Shown: positions 10,454 to 21,576, numbered from the stretch's first letter. The stretch is DNA of 64,000 bases from Bacteroidota bacterium (GCA_043778045.1 JAYWGW010000059.1:552-64551), one strand, 5' to 3'. Made by a program: numbers and translations. The notes: a model not told the origin generated them from the sequence alone.

Positions 10454-11229
10454 TATTACTTAGTTTTGATATTGAAGAATTTGACATGGCTTTCGAATAT
10501 GGGAGAGACATTTCTTTTGAAGATCAAATTGCAATTTCTCGGGAGGGCACCATTATAATTTTGGATTTATTGCAAAAGCACAAGGTTCAAGCCACTTTTT
10601 TTAGTACCGCAATTTTTGCTATTGCAGCACCGGATTTGATAAAGAGATTAGTAGCTGAAGGCCATGAATTAGCATCTCATACTTACTATCATTCCGATTT
10701 TAAAAACGAAGATTTACTACTTTCACGTCAGAAACTTGAGGAAATATCTGCATCACGTGTTATTGGACTTCGCATGCCAAGAATGTATCCTGTTGATGAT
10801 ATGGAGGTAGAAAAAGCAGGTTATCTTTACAATTCGTCCATAAATCCAACTTATTTACCAGGGAGATATAATCACTTTGATAAGCCTCGAACATGTTTTA
10901 AAAAACAAAAAGTATGGCAAATTCCAGCGTCAGTAAGTCCAATTATTCGGTTTCCATTGTTTTGGCTGTCATTTCATAATTTGCCATTATGGTTGTATAA
11001 AATGCTTTGCGTGTGGACTTTGAAAAAAGATAAATACTTAAATATATATTTTCACCCATGGGAATTTACGGACTTGAAAGACAAAAATCGCTTCGGTTTT
11101 CCGAATTATGTTTCCAAAAATTCAGGTTTAGATATGAAAGTTCGTTTGGAAAATTTAATTATTTGGATGAAAATAAAAAATTATAATTTTTGCGATTTTA
11201 AAGATTTATTAGTTACTTTTAAAATTTAA
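10450..11229 (+). CDS. Polysaccharide deacetylase family protein (DUF3473-like C-terminus)
   Basis: LSFDIEEFD, ATFF, GHELASH and YFHPWEF motifs; ATG at 10450 overlaps the upstream TGA. Confidence 0.85.
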   Translation: MILLSFDIEEFDMAFEYGRDISFEDQIAISREGTIIILDLLQKHKVQATFFSTAIFAIAAPDLIKRLVAEGHELASHTYYHSDFKNEDLLLSRQKLEEISASRVIGLRMPRMYPVDDMEVEKAGYLYNSSINPTYLPGRYNHFDKPRTCFKKQKVWQIPASVSPIIRFPLFWLSFHNLPLWLYKMLCVWTLKKDKYLNIYFHPWEFTDLKDKNRFGFPNYVSKNSGLDMKVRLENLIIWMKIKNYNFCDFKDLLVTFKI

Positions 11230-11277
11230 TTTTGGTTATAATTTGTTTAAAGCAAAAACTGCAATATATTTTTTTGA

Positions 11278-13188
11278 ATGAATTCACTACCAAAAATTTC
11301 AGCTTTAGCCATCGTTTTGAACGAAGAATATAACATTCGAGATTATTTGGGAAATATGTCTTTTGCAGACGAAATTATAGTTGTAGACTCGTTTAGCACG
11401 GATCAAACTTTAGACATAATCAAAAATGAATATCCTAAAGTAAAGGTTTTTAAAAAAAAATTTAACGATTTTTCAAGTCAACGAAACTACGCTATAAATC
11501 TTGCAAGCAACGATTGGATTGTTTTTTTTGATGCCGACGAAAGAATAACAGATAAAGGCATACAAGAAATTAAAAAGGCAGTTTTAAACAAACAAAAAAT
11601 AGATGCTTTTTGGGTGAGACGTATTTTTTATTACGGTAAAAAACCAATGCATTATGGCGGAAAAAACCAAGACAAAGCCATTCGTGTTTTTCGAAAATCT
11701 CGTTGTCGATATTCTAACAAATTGGTTCACGAGCAGCTTATTGTACGCGGAAAATGTAGTGTTTTAAAAGAACATTGCCATCATTATTCTTTTCGAAATA
11801 AAGAAGATTTTCTTCTGAAAAGGTTGCAATATTCAAGACTTAAAGCCACAGAATTATATGCAAAAGACAAAAAACCCACTCTTTTTCATTTTTATTTTAA
11901 ACCGACCTTTCGTTTTTTTAAGCATTATTTTATTGAGCTTGGCGTTTTAAATGGCAGAAACGGTGTTGATTTGTCGCTGATTATGGCAAAACATGTGAAA
12001 ATGCGTTACGTGTATTTGCGCGAAATGCATCAAAACCACAAGTTGTTTACACACGATAAAACATCAATACAAAGCAAAAATATTGGCTACGAAGCTAAAA
12101 GGATTTTTCATAATGGCACTGGACTTGGAAATTACAGCAGAGATTTAATTCGTATTTTGAGTACATATCACAATCAAAACAGCTATTTTCTATACAATCC
12201 GAAACCAGCCGATATTGAACGATTTACAACAAACGAAATTAATGTTTTTGAGCGTTTGCCTGTAAGATTTCTAAGCAGAATTTTTTACAACGTTTGGAGA
12301 CAATTCACGATTATAAAAGATTTAAAAGCAGATAAAATTAATATTTTTCATGGACTTTCGGGCGAATTACCAACGGGCTTAAGAAAAGCTGGAATAAAAA
12401 GTGTAGTTACCATTCATGATTTAATCTTTATTCGATATCCGCATTTTTATAGTTTTTTTGACCGCAAAATTCATTTTTATAAATTTAAGAAAGCTGCTAA
12501 ATCAGCGGATAAAATTATTGCGATTAGCCAACAAACAAAAAAAGATATCATAAAATTTTTGCATGTTCCAGAAAGCAAAATTGTTGTCGTTTACCAAGGT
12601 TGTCACGATGTTTTTAAAACGCAATATTCGCTGCAAGAAACGCGAGATGTTGCGGAAAAATACAACTTGCCAATCGATTTTATTTTAAATGTTGGAACTA
12701 TTGAAATTCGTAAAAATGTGCTTGCAGTGGTTAAAGCTATTGAAAAAATTGACACTTATTTGGTTATTATTGGTGCCGATACAGCCTATAAACAAGAAAT
12801 ATTGGACTATATTCAAGAGCACAATATTCATCAAAAAATATTTTTTGTTGCGGGATTATCTTTAAAAGAATTGGCAATAGTATATCATTTAGCAACAATT
12901 TTTGTTTATCCATCGCTATTTGAAGGGTTTGGCATTCCAATAATTGAAGCGCTATATTCAAAAACACCTGTTATAACTTCTTATTCCGGAGTGTTTCCCG
13001 AAGCGGCTGGACCAAACAGTATTTATGTAAATCCTACAGATATTGCCGAAATAAAACAAAATATAGAGCTACTTTTGCAAAATCCTGATTTGAGACAATC
13101 TATTGCAGCAAAAGGCTTTGATTTTGTGCAAAAATTTAATAATGAAAACATCTCAAAAAATATAATGGATGTTTACGAAAACCTATAA
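11278..13188 (+). CDS. Bifunctional GT2 + GT4 glycosyltransferase fusion
   Basis: N-terminal half VVDSFSTD, WIVFFDADE and VHE (WaaE-like GT2); C-terminal half IGYEAKRIFHN.TGLGNYSR, VTIHDLIF and PSLFEGFGIPIIEA (GT4). Confidence 0.88.
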   Translation: MNSLPKISALAIVLNEEYNIRDYLGNMSFADEIIVVDSFSTDQTLDIIKNEYPKVKVFKKKFNDFSSQRNYAINLASNDWIVFFDADERITDKGIQEIKKAVLNKQKIDAFWVRRIFYYGKKPMHYGGKNQDKAIRVFRKSRCRYSNKLVHEQLIVRGKCSVLKEHCHHYSFRNKEDFLLKRLQYSRLKATELYAKDKKPTLFHFYFKPTFRFFKHYFIELGVLNGRNGVDLSLIMAKHVKMRYVYLREMHQNHKLFTHDKTSIQSKNIGYEAKRIFHNGTGLGNYSRDLIRILSTYHNQNSYFLYNPKPADIERFTTNEINVFERLPVRFLSRIFYNVWRQFTIIKDLKADKINIFHGLSGELPTGLRKAGIKSVVTIHDLIFIRYPHFYSFFDRKIHFYKFKKAAKSADKIIAISQQTKKDIIKFLHVPESKIVVVYQGCHDVFKTQYSLQETRDVAEKYNLPIDFILNVGTIEIRKNVLAVVKAIEKIDTYLVIIGADTAYKQEILDYIQEHNIHQKIFFVAGLSLKELAIVYHLATIFVYPSLFEGFGIPIIEALYSKTPVITSYSGVFPEAAGPNSIYVNPTDIAEIKQNIELLLQNPDLRQSIAAKGFDFVQKFNNENISKNIMDVYENL

Positions 13189-13190
13189 AC

Positions 13191-14072
13191 ATGAAAGTTG
13201 CAGGATTTACATTTATTCGGAATGCAGTCCAAAATGACTACACAATCGTTGAGGCCATTTTGTCTATATTGCCTATTTGCGATGAATTTATTGTCGCTCA
13301 TGGAAATTCATCTGATGAAACTTTGGCATTAATTCAAAGTATCAAATCCGATAAAATTAAAATAATTCAGACTATTTGGGACGATACGCTTCGCGAAGGT
13401 GGGCGAACATTTGCACTTGAAACCGATAAGGCCTTTCAGGCGATTTCGACAGATGCAGATTGGTGTTTTTATATTCAGGGAGACGAATGTGTGCACGAAA
13501 AATATTTGGAAACCATAAAATCTGAAATGCAAAAATGTCTTTTACATGCAAAAATTGAAGGATTGCTCTTTAAATATAAGCATTTTTATGGCTCTTATGA
13601 TTTCTTCGCACATTCCCGACGTTGGTATCATAGAGAGATTCGTGTTGTTAGAAATTTACCTGAAATACACTCTTATAAAGACGCGCAAGGTTTTAGAATT
13701 AATGATAGAAAGCTGAATGTGAAGTTGATAGATGCTTACATTTATCATTATGGTTGGGTGAAACCTCCAAGCGGATTGACTAATAAAGTCAGAAATTTCA
13801 ATAAATTTTATACAAAAGATGACGCTCTTATTGAAGAAAAATATCCTGAAACCTCAGATTTTGACTATGGAAATGCCGATCAATTAATGAAGTTTGAAGA
13901 AACACACCCAAAGGTTATGCTTGATCGCATAGCAAAATCGAATTGGAAATTTTCTATTGATCCAACGAAAACCAACAAAAAATTGCCACTAAGAAGAAAA
14001 TTTTTAGCTTGGATTGAACAAAACACTGGCATAAGATTGTTTGCATACAAAAATTATAAAATCATTGCATGA
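13191..14072 (+). CDS. GT2-like glycosyltransferase
   Basis: GFTFIRNA, DWCFYIQGDE and YHYGWV motifs. Confidence 0.8.
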   Translation: MKVAGFTFIRNAVQNDYTIVEAILSILPICDEFIVAHGNSSDETLALIQSIKSDKIKIIQTIWDDTLREGGRTFALETDKAFQAISTDADWCFYIQGDECVHEKYLETIKSEMQKCLLHAKIEGLLFKYKHFYGSYDFFAHSRRWYHREIRVVRNLPEIHSYKDAQGFRINDRKLNVKLIDAYIYHYGWVKPPSGLTNKVRNFNKFYTKDDALIEEKYPETSDFDYGNADQLMKFEETHPKVMLDRIAKSNWKFSIDPTKTNKKLPLRRKFLAWIEQNTGIRLFAYKNYKIIA

Positions 14073-15064
14073 ATGCAAACGTAAGGTATAGTATTTCTGT
14101 TGTTTTGCCAAATTATAATGGCAAATCGCTTATGGAACAGTACATTCCATCGATTTTAGCCGCGCTGAATTTTTCGAAAATTGACTATGAATTTATTATT
14201 ATTGACGATTTTTCCACGGATGATTCCGTAAATTTTATAGAAAAAACGTATCCAAATATTTTATTGCTTAAAAACGATGTAAATAGTGGCTTCTCTAAAA
14301 CTTGCAATAACGGCATTTTCAAAGCGAAAAAAGATTTGATTTTTTTGGTAAATTCAGATGTGAAATTAACTGAAAACTATTTTGAAAATCAGTTGCAATA
14401 TTTTGATGACATCAATGCATTTGGCGTTATGGGTTGCATCATGAATTTTGACGGAAAAAAAATTGAAGACGGCGCAAGAATGCCTCGATATAAAGGTGGA
14501 AAATTTAAAGCCAATAAATTTTATTACTCAGAAAACCCACAAGATAAAATATACACTACTTATCTTTCAGGCGCAAATGCGCTAATTAAAGCTGATAAAT
14601 TGAAGCAAATTGGAGGTTTTTCAGAACTTTATTCGCCGTTTTATTTTGAAGATTTTGATCTCGGTTTGCGCGCATGGCAAATGGGATGGACTTGTTTTTA
14701 TGACCATCAATCGGTTTGTTACCACCGAGTTAGCGCATCGACCAATAATATGAACAAATCTAATTTTGTTAAAATCACCTACAATCGGAACAGTTTCTTT
14801 TTGCAAGCGATACATTTACAAGGACTTAGAAGAATCGTTTGGCTCTGTCAATTATTTACAACAACATTGTTTTCTCACTTATTGAAAGGTGATTTTTGGA
14901 TTTTAAAAAGTTTGCGCGATTTTGTAAACTCATATTCAGTTGTAAAGAAAGCTCAAAAAGATTTAAATTTATTAAAATCTAAATTCAACAGCGATGTTAA
15001 TTTAGATAAAATAGTCAATATTATTACAAAGTCCATAGAAAATAAAGACATTAATTGGCTGTAA
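14069..15064 (+). CDS. GT2 family glycosyltransferase
   Basis: VVLPNYNG, IDDFSTD, NSGFSKTCN, VNSD and EDFDLGLRA motifs. Confidence 0.88.
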   Translation: MNANVRYSISVVLPNYNGKSLMEQYIPSILAALNFSKIDYEFIIIDDFSTDDSVNFIEKTYPNILLLKNDVNSGFSKTCNNGIFKAKKDLIFLVNSDVKLTENYFENQLQYFDDINAFGVMGCIMNFDGKKIEDGARMPRYKGGKFKANKFYYSENPQDKIYTTYLSGANALIKADKLKQIGGFSELYSPFYFEDFDLGLRAWQMGWTCFYDHQSVCYHRVSASTNNMNKSNFVKITYNRNSFFLQAIHLQGLRRIVWLCQLFTTTLFSHLLKGDFWILKSLRDFVNSYSVVKKAQKDLNLLKSKFNSDVNLDKIVNIITKSIENKDINWL

Positions 15065-15074
15065 AATCAAACAA

Positions 15075-15884
15075 ATGGAGCAATCGATAAAAATTGAAAA
15101 AGATATAATGTATGAATATGAATTTTCGATATGTACGCTTGTTACTCGTAAGCAAGAATATACGGAAATGATGCAATCGTTTGTAAAAAAAGGTTTTACA
15201 TCTGATTGCTGTGAATATTTATATATAGATAATTCCGAAACTACAACCTTCGACGCTTATCAAGGTTTGAATGTTTTTTTACAAAAAGCAAAGGGTAAAT
15301 ATGTTATTTTGTGTCATCAAGATATTATTTTGCACGATAAGGACATTCATGATTTATCTAAAATGATTGCTGAAGTTGAACAGAGAGACTCAAAATGGGC
15401 GGTTTTAGCAAATGCAGGTGGCGTTAATTTGAAATGGATTGCGACACATATTACTCAAAATTCGGGACGAATTATTGAAGAAAATCATTTGCCACTTCAA
15501 GTAAAAACGGTTGATGAAAATTTTATCGTCGTAAAAAACAGTGCCAATTTATCGTTGTCAAATAACTTAAAAGGTTTTCATTTTTATGGAACCGATTTGT
15601 GTTTAATAGCAGATATTTTAGGATTTAATAGCTACGTTATTGGTTTTAATTTGACTCATAAAAGTAATGGAAAAATCGATCAAAGTTTTTATGAAAGTAA
15701 GAAAGCAATAGAAACTAAATATAAAATGGCACTTAGAAAACGTTTCGTTACGACAACTTTTTCAAGGATTTGTTTCACAGGGAATTCACTTCAATACTAT
15801 TTTTATAATGCAGCAATTGTATTGTTTTTAGTTCGACAATACTACAAATTTTTCACTAAAAAGAAAGATTATCAGCTGAAATAG
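15075..15884 (+). CDS. GT-A-like hypothetical protein (possible glycosyltransferase)
   Basis: YVILCHQD (DxD-like), GFHFYGTDLC; position in the glycan operon. Confidence 0.55.
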   Translation: MEQSIKIEKDIMYEYEFSICTLVTRKQEYTEMMQSFVKKGFTSDCCEYLYIDNSETTTFDAYQGLNVFLQKAKGKYVILCHQDIILHDKDIHDLSKMIAEVEQRDSKWAVLANAGGVNLKWIATHITQNSGRIIEENHLPLQVKTVDENFIVVKNSANLSLSNNLKGFHFYGTDLCLIADILGFNSYVIGFNLTHKSNGKIDQSFYESKKAIETKYKMALRKRFVTTTFSRICFTGNSLQYYFYNAAIVLFLVRQYYKFFTKKKDYQLK

Positions 15885-15887
15885 ATG

Positions 15888-16688
15888 TTAATTTTTATAG
15901 TCATTCTCAAAACCTTTATTATTTAAATTACCTTTTTCGTCTGTTTTCCACGAACTTGACAAATTGGTTGTTTTGATGTAATATTTTTGTTCGTCAGTAA
16001 GATTTTCAAAATCAATATACCATCCTCCATGATAGGCTTGATAGGGTTCGTCCGTACGAATTGCTTTGTAAAATCGCTTATTTTTATATGTATAATTTGG
16101 CTTATACAGTGCAAAAGTAGTGTCAGTTGCGGATTTAAATTGTCCATTGGTGATTTTTTTTTGCCAAAATTGAGATTCCCATTTTACAATTGCCGTTTTG
16201 TTTGGATTGGTATCAGGAATATCATCTATTTTTAAGCTTAAACCTGCTTTTGTAATACGACTGTTTTGGTTTAAAACTGTCATTAATTTTTTGACAAAAT
16301 TTATGGGACAGCTTTCTATTGGCAATATATCTGCATCAGTGACAATGTAATAGCCTTTAGAATACATCTCGAAAATTTCTTTTTTCTTCCAAAAAACCAT
16401 GTGACCGATATTGTCTGTAAGTTTGTGTATTTTAACCTGATTTTGTATCGTAGTAAAATATTTCAATAATGGCGGGTAAGTCGAATTATTATCAATTATT
16501 ACAATATTTTTGTACTCATATTTTAATAGTAATGACACCAATTTTTCCAAATAAAATAGTTGATTGAAACTTATAATTATGATTGGAATTGATTGATAAT
16601 CAGCAATTTGCTTATAAGCGTAATTATTTGAAAAAAATAAAAATATTTTATAAAAGATAGCAAAAATAATTTTCAAATAGGTTTTCAT
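15888..16688 (-). CDS. GT2-like glycosyltransferase
   Basis: IIIISFNQ, IIDNNSTY and YIVTDAD motifs. Confidence 0.75.
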   Translation of the reverse strand: MKTYLKIIFAIFYKIFLFFSNNYAYKQIADYQSIPIIIISFNQLFYLEKLVSLLLKYEYKNIVIIDNNSTYPPLLKYFTTIQNQVKIHKLTDNIGHMVFWKKKEIFEMYSKGYYIVTDADILPIESCPINFVKKLMTVLNQNSRITKAGLSLKIDDIPDTNPNKTAIVKWESQFWQKKITNGQFKSATDTTFALYKPNYTYKNKRFYKAIRTDEPYQAYHGGWYIDFENLTDEQKYYIKTTNLSSSWKTDEKGNLNNKGFENDYKN

Positions 16689-16698
16689 ATTAAAAAAT

Positions 16699-17544
16699 CT
16701 ATGACAATTTTGTAAAAACAGGTTTTGTATAATTTACTTCCTTCGTATTTACAAAGGTTGATAATATTGCTTTCAAAAATTTCCATCTTATTTTTTGTGT
16801 TGCTACATAATTCAATTGTTGCAGGCGTTTTGTTTTAATATTTCTAACCCAATTTACTTCTGAGAGAAACATGGGAAAATGATTTTCGAAAACCTTATCT
16901 TCTTCGGCAATAATTTTTTGTTTATTATCTTTTAAACTCGATAATCCATTATTATCAAAATCAGAAATTGTTATATTAATATGTTGGTATGACTCGTTTT
17001 GCTTGCAAATGCAATAAATAAAAAATTCCCAATCGGCAACAATTTTTAAAGCTTCGTTATACAAAAAATAAGTATAAAACAGCTGACGTTTTATGAAAGT
17101 TGCGGGATGCGGAAGCGAATTTGTGACAAAATATGAAAAATCTAATTTGGTTGGCGTGATCAATTTTGATATTCTGACATCGTTTTTCGACAAAAACATA
17201 TTACCATATACAAAGCTATGTTGGGTAGTAAGGTAAGGTAAAGTGTGTTCTAAAACATTGTTGTCTGCAAAGCAATCTCCACTATTTAGAAAAAGCAAAT
17301 ATTCTCCCGTTGCCTTTTTAATGCCTTTATTCATGGCATTGTATATTCCCGTATCTTTTTCGGAAATCAAATAGTCAATATTTTTAGCATTTTCTGCAAT
17401 GTAATCTGCGCTTCCATCTGTGCTTCCACCATCTATAACAATATACTCAAAAAATTTATTGGTCTGTTGTACAACGCTTTGCATTGTTTTTCGCAAACCT
17501 TCTAAATTGTTATAATTTATCGTTATGATGGAAATTTTATTCAT
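16699..17544 (-). CDS. GT2 glycosyltransferase (WcaE-like, putative deoxysugar transferase)
   Basis: ISIITINYNN, VIDGGSTDGS, EKDTGIYNAMNKG, FLNSGD and LPHPATF; start at 17544 just after the fcl stop. Confidence 0.88.
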   Translation of the reverse strand: MNKISIITINYNNLEGLRKTMQSVVQQTNKFFEYIVIDGGSTDGSADYIAENAKNIDYLISEKDTGIYNAMNKGIKKATGEYLLFLNSGDCFADNNVLEHTLPYLTTQHSFVYGNMFLSKNDVRISKLITPTKLDFSYFVTNSLPHPATFIKRQLFYTYFLYNEALKIVADWEFFIYCICKQNESYQHINITISDFDNNGLSSLKDNKQKIIAEEDKVFENHFPMFLSEVNWVRNIKTKRLQQLNYVATQKIRWKFLKAILSTFVNTKEVNYTKPVFTKLS

Positions 17545-17545
17545 G

Positions 17546-18466
17546 TTACAAAAATTTTTGCTTGTAAACCATTTCAATTCCTTCGCGTAAATCAATGGAA
17601 TGTTTCCAACCCAATTGATGCAATTTTGAGACATCGGTAAGTTTTCTGGGCGTTCCATCAGGTTTAGAATGGTCAAAAATAATTTCGCCTTCAAAACCTA
17701 CAATATCTTTAATCATTGATGCCAATTCCAAAATGCTAATTTCAATTCCAGTGCCAATATTTACAAATCCTTGTTCAGAAAAATGCAGCATCAAATATAC
17801 GCAGGCGTTTGCCATGTCCGTTGCATGCAAAAATTCGCGTAGTGGCGTTCCAGTTCCCCAAACGGTTACATTAGGCGAATTATTGGTTTTTGCTTCATGA
17901 AATTTTCGTAACAATGCGGGCAAAACATGAGATTTCTCTAAATCATAATTATCATTAAAACCATATAAATTCGTTGGCATTACTGATATAAAATTTGATC
18001 CATATTGCGCTCGAAAAGCATCGCACATTTTTATTCCTGCAATTTTTGCAATAGCATAAGGCTCGTTTGTTTCTTCTAAAATGCCTGTTAAAAGCGAATC
18101 TTCTGACAAAGGTTGTGATGCAAATTTTGGATAGATGCAAGACGATCCTAAAAACATCAATTTTTTTACAGCATGTTTATGACATTGAAAAATAACATTA
18201 CTTTGAATCATCAGATTCTCATAAATAAAATCTGCTCTGTACGTATTGTTCGCCACAATTCCACCAACTTTGGCTGCAGCCAAAAAAACATATTCGGGTT
18301 TTTCTGTTTCGAAAAAATGTGCAACCGCATGCTGATCAATCAGATTTAATTCAGATGATGTGCGAGATATTATGTTATTATAACCTCTTTTCTGCAAGTC
18401 CGCAACAATGGCACTACCGACCATGCCTCGGTGTCCAGCTACATATATTTTAGAATGTATATCCAT
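17546..18466 (-). CDS. fcl: GDP-L-fucose synthase
   Basis: [39 protein letters not shown] and SHVLPAL motifs. Confidence 0.95.
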   Translation of the reverse strand: MDIHSKIYVAGHRGMVGSAIVADLQKRGYNNIISRTSSELNLIDQHAVAHFFETEKPEYVFLAAAKVGGIVANNTYRADFIYENLMIQSNVIFQCHKHAVKKLMFLGSSCIYPKFASQPLSEDSLLTGILEETNEPYAIAKIAGIKMCDAFRAQYGSNFISVMPTNLYGFNDNYDLEKSHVLPALLRKFHEAKTNNSPNVTVWGTGTPLREFLHATDMANACVYLMLHFSEQGFVNIGTGIEISILELASMIKDIVGFEGEIIFDHSKPDGTPRKLTDVSKLHQLGWKHSIDLREGIEMVYKQKFL

Positions 18467-19558
18467 TTACTTTTTGTAGTTTTTTAGATATTTTTCTTTC
18501 TTGAAAATCTCTAAATCCGATTCCATCATTTCTTTTACGAGCATGTCTAAAGTATATTTTGGGCTCCACCCTAAGTTTTTCTTAGCTTTTGAGTTGTCGC
18601 CAATCAAAAGTTCCACTTCCGTCGGTCGGAAATATGTTGGATCAATTTTCACAACTTCTTGACCAATTTCAAAATGATAGTCAGCATTTGATGATGAAAC
18701 TACAGTTGCAATTTCGTTGATTCCTGTTCCATTAAATGCAAGTTCTACGCCAACTTCTTTAAAAGCAAGTCGAATGAAGTCGCGCACACGAGTGGTTACG
18801 CCTGTTGAAATCACGTAATCTTCGGGCGTGTCTTGTTGCAACATTAGCCACATGGCTTCGACGTAATCTTTGGCATGACCCCAATCTCGTTGCGAATCAA
18901 TGTTTCCCATAAACAAAACGTCTTGCATGCCGAGCGCCATTTGAGCAACTGCACGCGTGATTTTTCGGGTAACAAATGTTTCGCCACGGCGTGGACTTTC
19001 ATGATTGAACAAAATTCCGTTGCATGCAAACATTCCGTAGGCTTCGCGATAGTTTACGGTTATCCAAAAGGCATACATTTTCGCAACCGCATAAGGCGAA
19101 CGCGGATAAAATGGCGTTGTTTCTTTCTGTGGGATTTCTTGCACCAGTCCATAAAGTTCTGATGTCGAGGCCTGATATATTTTAGTTTTTTTGGTCAGTC
19201 CCAACAAACGTACGGCATCAAGAATCCGTAATGTGCCAATTCCGTCAGTGTTTGCGGTATATTCAGGCACGTCAAAACTCACTTTCACGTGGCTCATCGC
19301 GCCAAGATTATAAATTTCGTCTGGTTGCGTTTCTTGAATGATTCTTATCAAATTCGTGGAGTCGCTTAAATCGCCATAATGCAACTTAAAATGTTGATTT
19401 TCAATGTGTGGATCTTCATAAATGTGGTCAATTCTTTGCGTGTTGAAGAGTGAACTTCTGCGTTTTATGCCATGAACCATATATCCTTTTGAGAGCAAAA
19501 GTTCTGCTAAATAGGCACCGTCTTGTCCTGTTATTCCTGTTACTAAAGCTACTTTCAT
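18467..19558 (-). CDS. gmd: GDP-mannose 4,6-dehydratase
   Basis: [32 protein letters not shown] and [16 protein letters not shown] motifs. Confidence 0.97.
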   Translation of the reverse strand: MKVALVTGITGQDGAYLAELLLSKGYMVHGIKRRSSLFNTQRIDHIYEDPHIENQHFKLHYGDLSDSTNLIRIIQETQPDEIYNLGAMSHVKVSFDVPEYTANTDGIGTLRILDAVRLLGLTKKTKIYQASTSELYGLVQEIPQKETTPFYPRSPYAVAKMYAFWITVNYREAYGMFACNGILFNHESPRRGETFVTRKITRAVAQMALGMQDVLFMGNIDSQRDWGHAKDYVEAMWLMLQQDTPEDYVISTGVTTRVRDFIRLAFKEVGVELAFNGTGINEIATVVSSSNADYHFEIGQEVVKIDPTYFRPTEVELLIGDNSKAKKNLGWSPKYTLDMLVKEMMESDLEIFKKEKYLKNYKK

Positions 19559-19606
19559 TACTGTATGTTTATTAATTTCTGCAGTTGGTAAAAATTTTAA
19601 ATTTTG

Positions 19607-20770
19607 TTAAAAGAATTTCGGAATTGCAACTTCTTTAAATCTATCTGTAACAAATTTTATTTTTTCTTCATCTAAATATAAATGATTTGGAAGATAAAGC
19701 CCAAAATCATGAATAATATCAGCTACTTTTAACGGCGTATGTCCATATTTTTTGATCCAAAAAGGTTGCTTGCCCATACTTCCACAAATCAGCGGTCGAA
19801 CTTCAATATTGTGTTTTTTTAGATGATTGAAAACTTCAATTCTGTTTTCTACAATTGTTCCAAATGCAAAACTTGATAATTCGTCAAAATCACTTTGCTG
19901 GCTCCAATATTTACCCTCCAAAAATTTGTTGTAAAATTCAAAGTTTTTCTGCCTTACTTGCGTTATTTCGTCCATTTTGTCCAATTGCGAAATACCAATA
20001 AATGCGTTCAGATCAGTGGAACGCAAGTTAAATCCAGGATAATAGAAGGTATAATATTCTCGAACATCGTCGATATTATATTCATCTTTCCATTCTTTTT
20101 TGTAATTTTCATCAACGTCTCTTGACCAGCCATGTGAGCGAATAGAGAGCATCAAATTATATAATTTCGTGTCATTCGTTACGACCGCACCGCCTTCTAT
20201 TGTTGAAATATGATGCCCATAATAAAACGAAAATGATCCTGCGGTAGACAAATTGCCAGCTTTCTGTTTGCTCGGATGAGATGTTCCGAGTGCTTCGCAA
20301 GCGTCTTCAATAAGCACAACATCATATTTTGTGCACAGTCTATGAATTTCGTCCATGTCGTTTAGATGTGCCAAAACATGAACAATAATCAGAAGTGCAG
20401 GTTTCTCTTTGATGAAAAGTTCTTCTAATTTTATAGTATCAACGCCTAAATTTCGATTGTTGCTATCACACAAAATAACATCAAATCCAAACTGCATAAA
20501 TGGCGAAAGTGTTGTTATCCAACTTATTGCGGGAACCACAACTTTTTTGTTTCGCAGATATTCACCTTCTAAAAGCGCATATGCCATCAGCAAATTGGCA
20601 GACGAACCGCTGTTTACCAATACGCAATGTTTCGAGCCAAGATATGTGGCAAATTTCTTTTCAAATTCAATAACTAACGGACCTTTTGTGAGTTGTAACG
20701 TCGTTGGAATCCATTGGCTAAGTGCCAAAAGTTCTTCGTGTGTTATAGTGTTTTCTGCTAATCTTATCAT
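19607..20770 (-). CDS. DegT/DnrJ-superfamily PLP enzyme, ColD-like GDP-4-keto-6-deoxy-D-mannose 3-dehydratase
   Basis: VNSGSSANLLM, PAISW.TT, EDACE, SFYYGHHISTIEGG (His at the usual Schiff-base Lys position), IRSHGWSR and PGFNLR. Confidence 0.8.
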   Translation of the reverse strand: MIRLAENTITHEELLALSQWIPTTLQLTKGPLVIEFEKKFATYLGSKHCVLVNSGSSANLLMAYALLEGEYLRNKKVVVPAISWITTLSPFMQFGFDVILCDSNNRNLGVDTIKLEELFIKEKPALLIIVHVLAHLNDMDEIHRLCTKYDVVLIEDACEALGTSHPSKQKAGNLSTAGSFSFYYGHHISTIEGGAVVTNDTKLYNLMLSIRSHGWSRDVDENYKKEWKDEYNIDDVREYYTFYYPGFNLRSTDLNAFIGISQLDKMDEITQVRQKNFEFYNKFLEGKYWSQQSDFDELSSFAFGTIVENRIEVFNHLKKHNIEVRPLICGSMGKQPFWIKKYGHTPLKVADIIHDFGLYLPNHLYLDEEKIKFVTDRFKEVAIPKFF

Positions 20771-20772
20771 GG

Positions 20773-21576
20773 TTATTTTTTCTTGATTAATAGTTTTCTG
20801 AATAATTTACTTTGTAATAATTTTTTGTTGAATTTAGTCAGAAAATAATATAAACGGGCATCTTTGTATGCTTTTGCAATTTTTAAAGTTTTTGTCTTAT
20901 CGTTCATTGCATTGATAGTAATTGAATTTTCATGCGCTCGAAAAACGGCTAAGGGTTCGTTTACATATCCATATTTTGGATAATCAATTGTCGCCATCAA
21001 AGAGAAAAGAATGTCGGGACCGACGCCATGATAGCTATTTTGAGAAAAAGGAACGCTTCCAACAAACAAGTTGTCTATCAAAAGTTGCTTTCTAAACGTT
21101 CCTGCGCATGGTGATGTTAAACTATTGTAGTTAAATTTCGCCAATTCTTCTGATTTAAAAATCCCTGTTGTATTTTGAAAATTAAATCCAGAACCTTCAA
21201 AACGATTTTCACTTTCAAAGTATATTTTTGCATCCGTAAACACGCACCCAACTTCATCAGTAAAAAGTTTTAAACTTTTTTCAATAAAAGTTGGTTCAAT
21301 CCAATCATCATCAAAATTTAGGTGAACCAAATCATTTGTTGTGTGTAAAATTCCGTCCAACCAACAAAAATGAACGCCAGAGTCAAGCTCGCGACGGACG
21401 TATTTTATTTTGTCTCCATATATTTTCACTGCCTCGGGCGTATTGTCGGTGCTTCCGTGGTCGCAAACAATAATTTCGCATGCCACCGTCTGTTTTAAGC
21501 AAGAATCTATGCATTCCATCAGATATTTTGCTCTGTTGAAAGTAGGTATAACAATGGAAATACTCTGATTAGTCAT
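20773..21576 (-). CDS. GT2 family glycosyltransferase
   Basis: IVIPTFNR, VCDHGSTD and LNFDDD motifs. Confidence 0.85.
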   Translation of the reverse strand: MTNQSISIVIPTFNRAKYLMECIDSCLKQTVACEIIVCDHGSTDNTPEAVKIYGDKIKYVRRELDSGVHFCWLDGILHTTNDLVHLNFDDDWIEPTFIEKSLKLFTDEVGCVFTDAKIYFESENRFEGSGFNFQNTTGIFKSEELAKFNYNSLTSPCAGTFRKQLLIDNLFVGSVPFSQNSYHGVGPDILFSLMATIDYPKYGYVNEPLAVFRAHENSITINAMNDKTKTLKIAKAYKDARLYYFLTKFNKKLLQSKLFRKLLIKKK

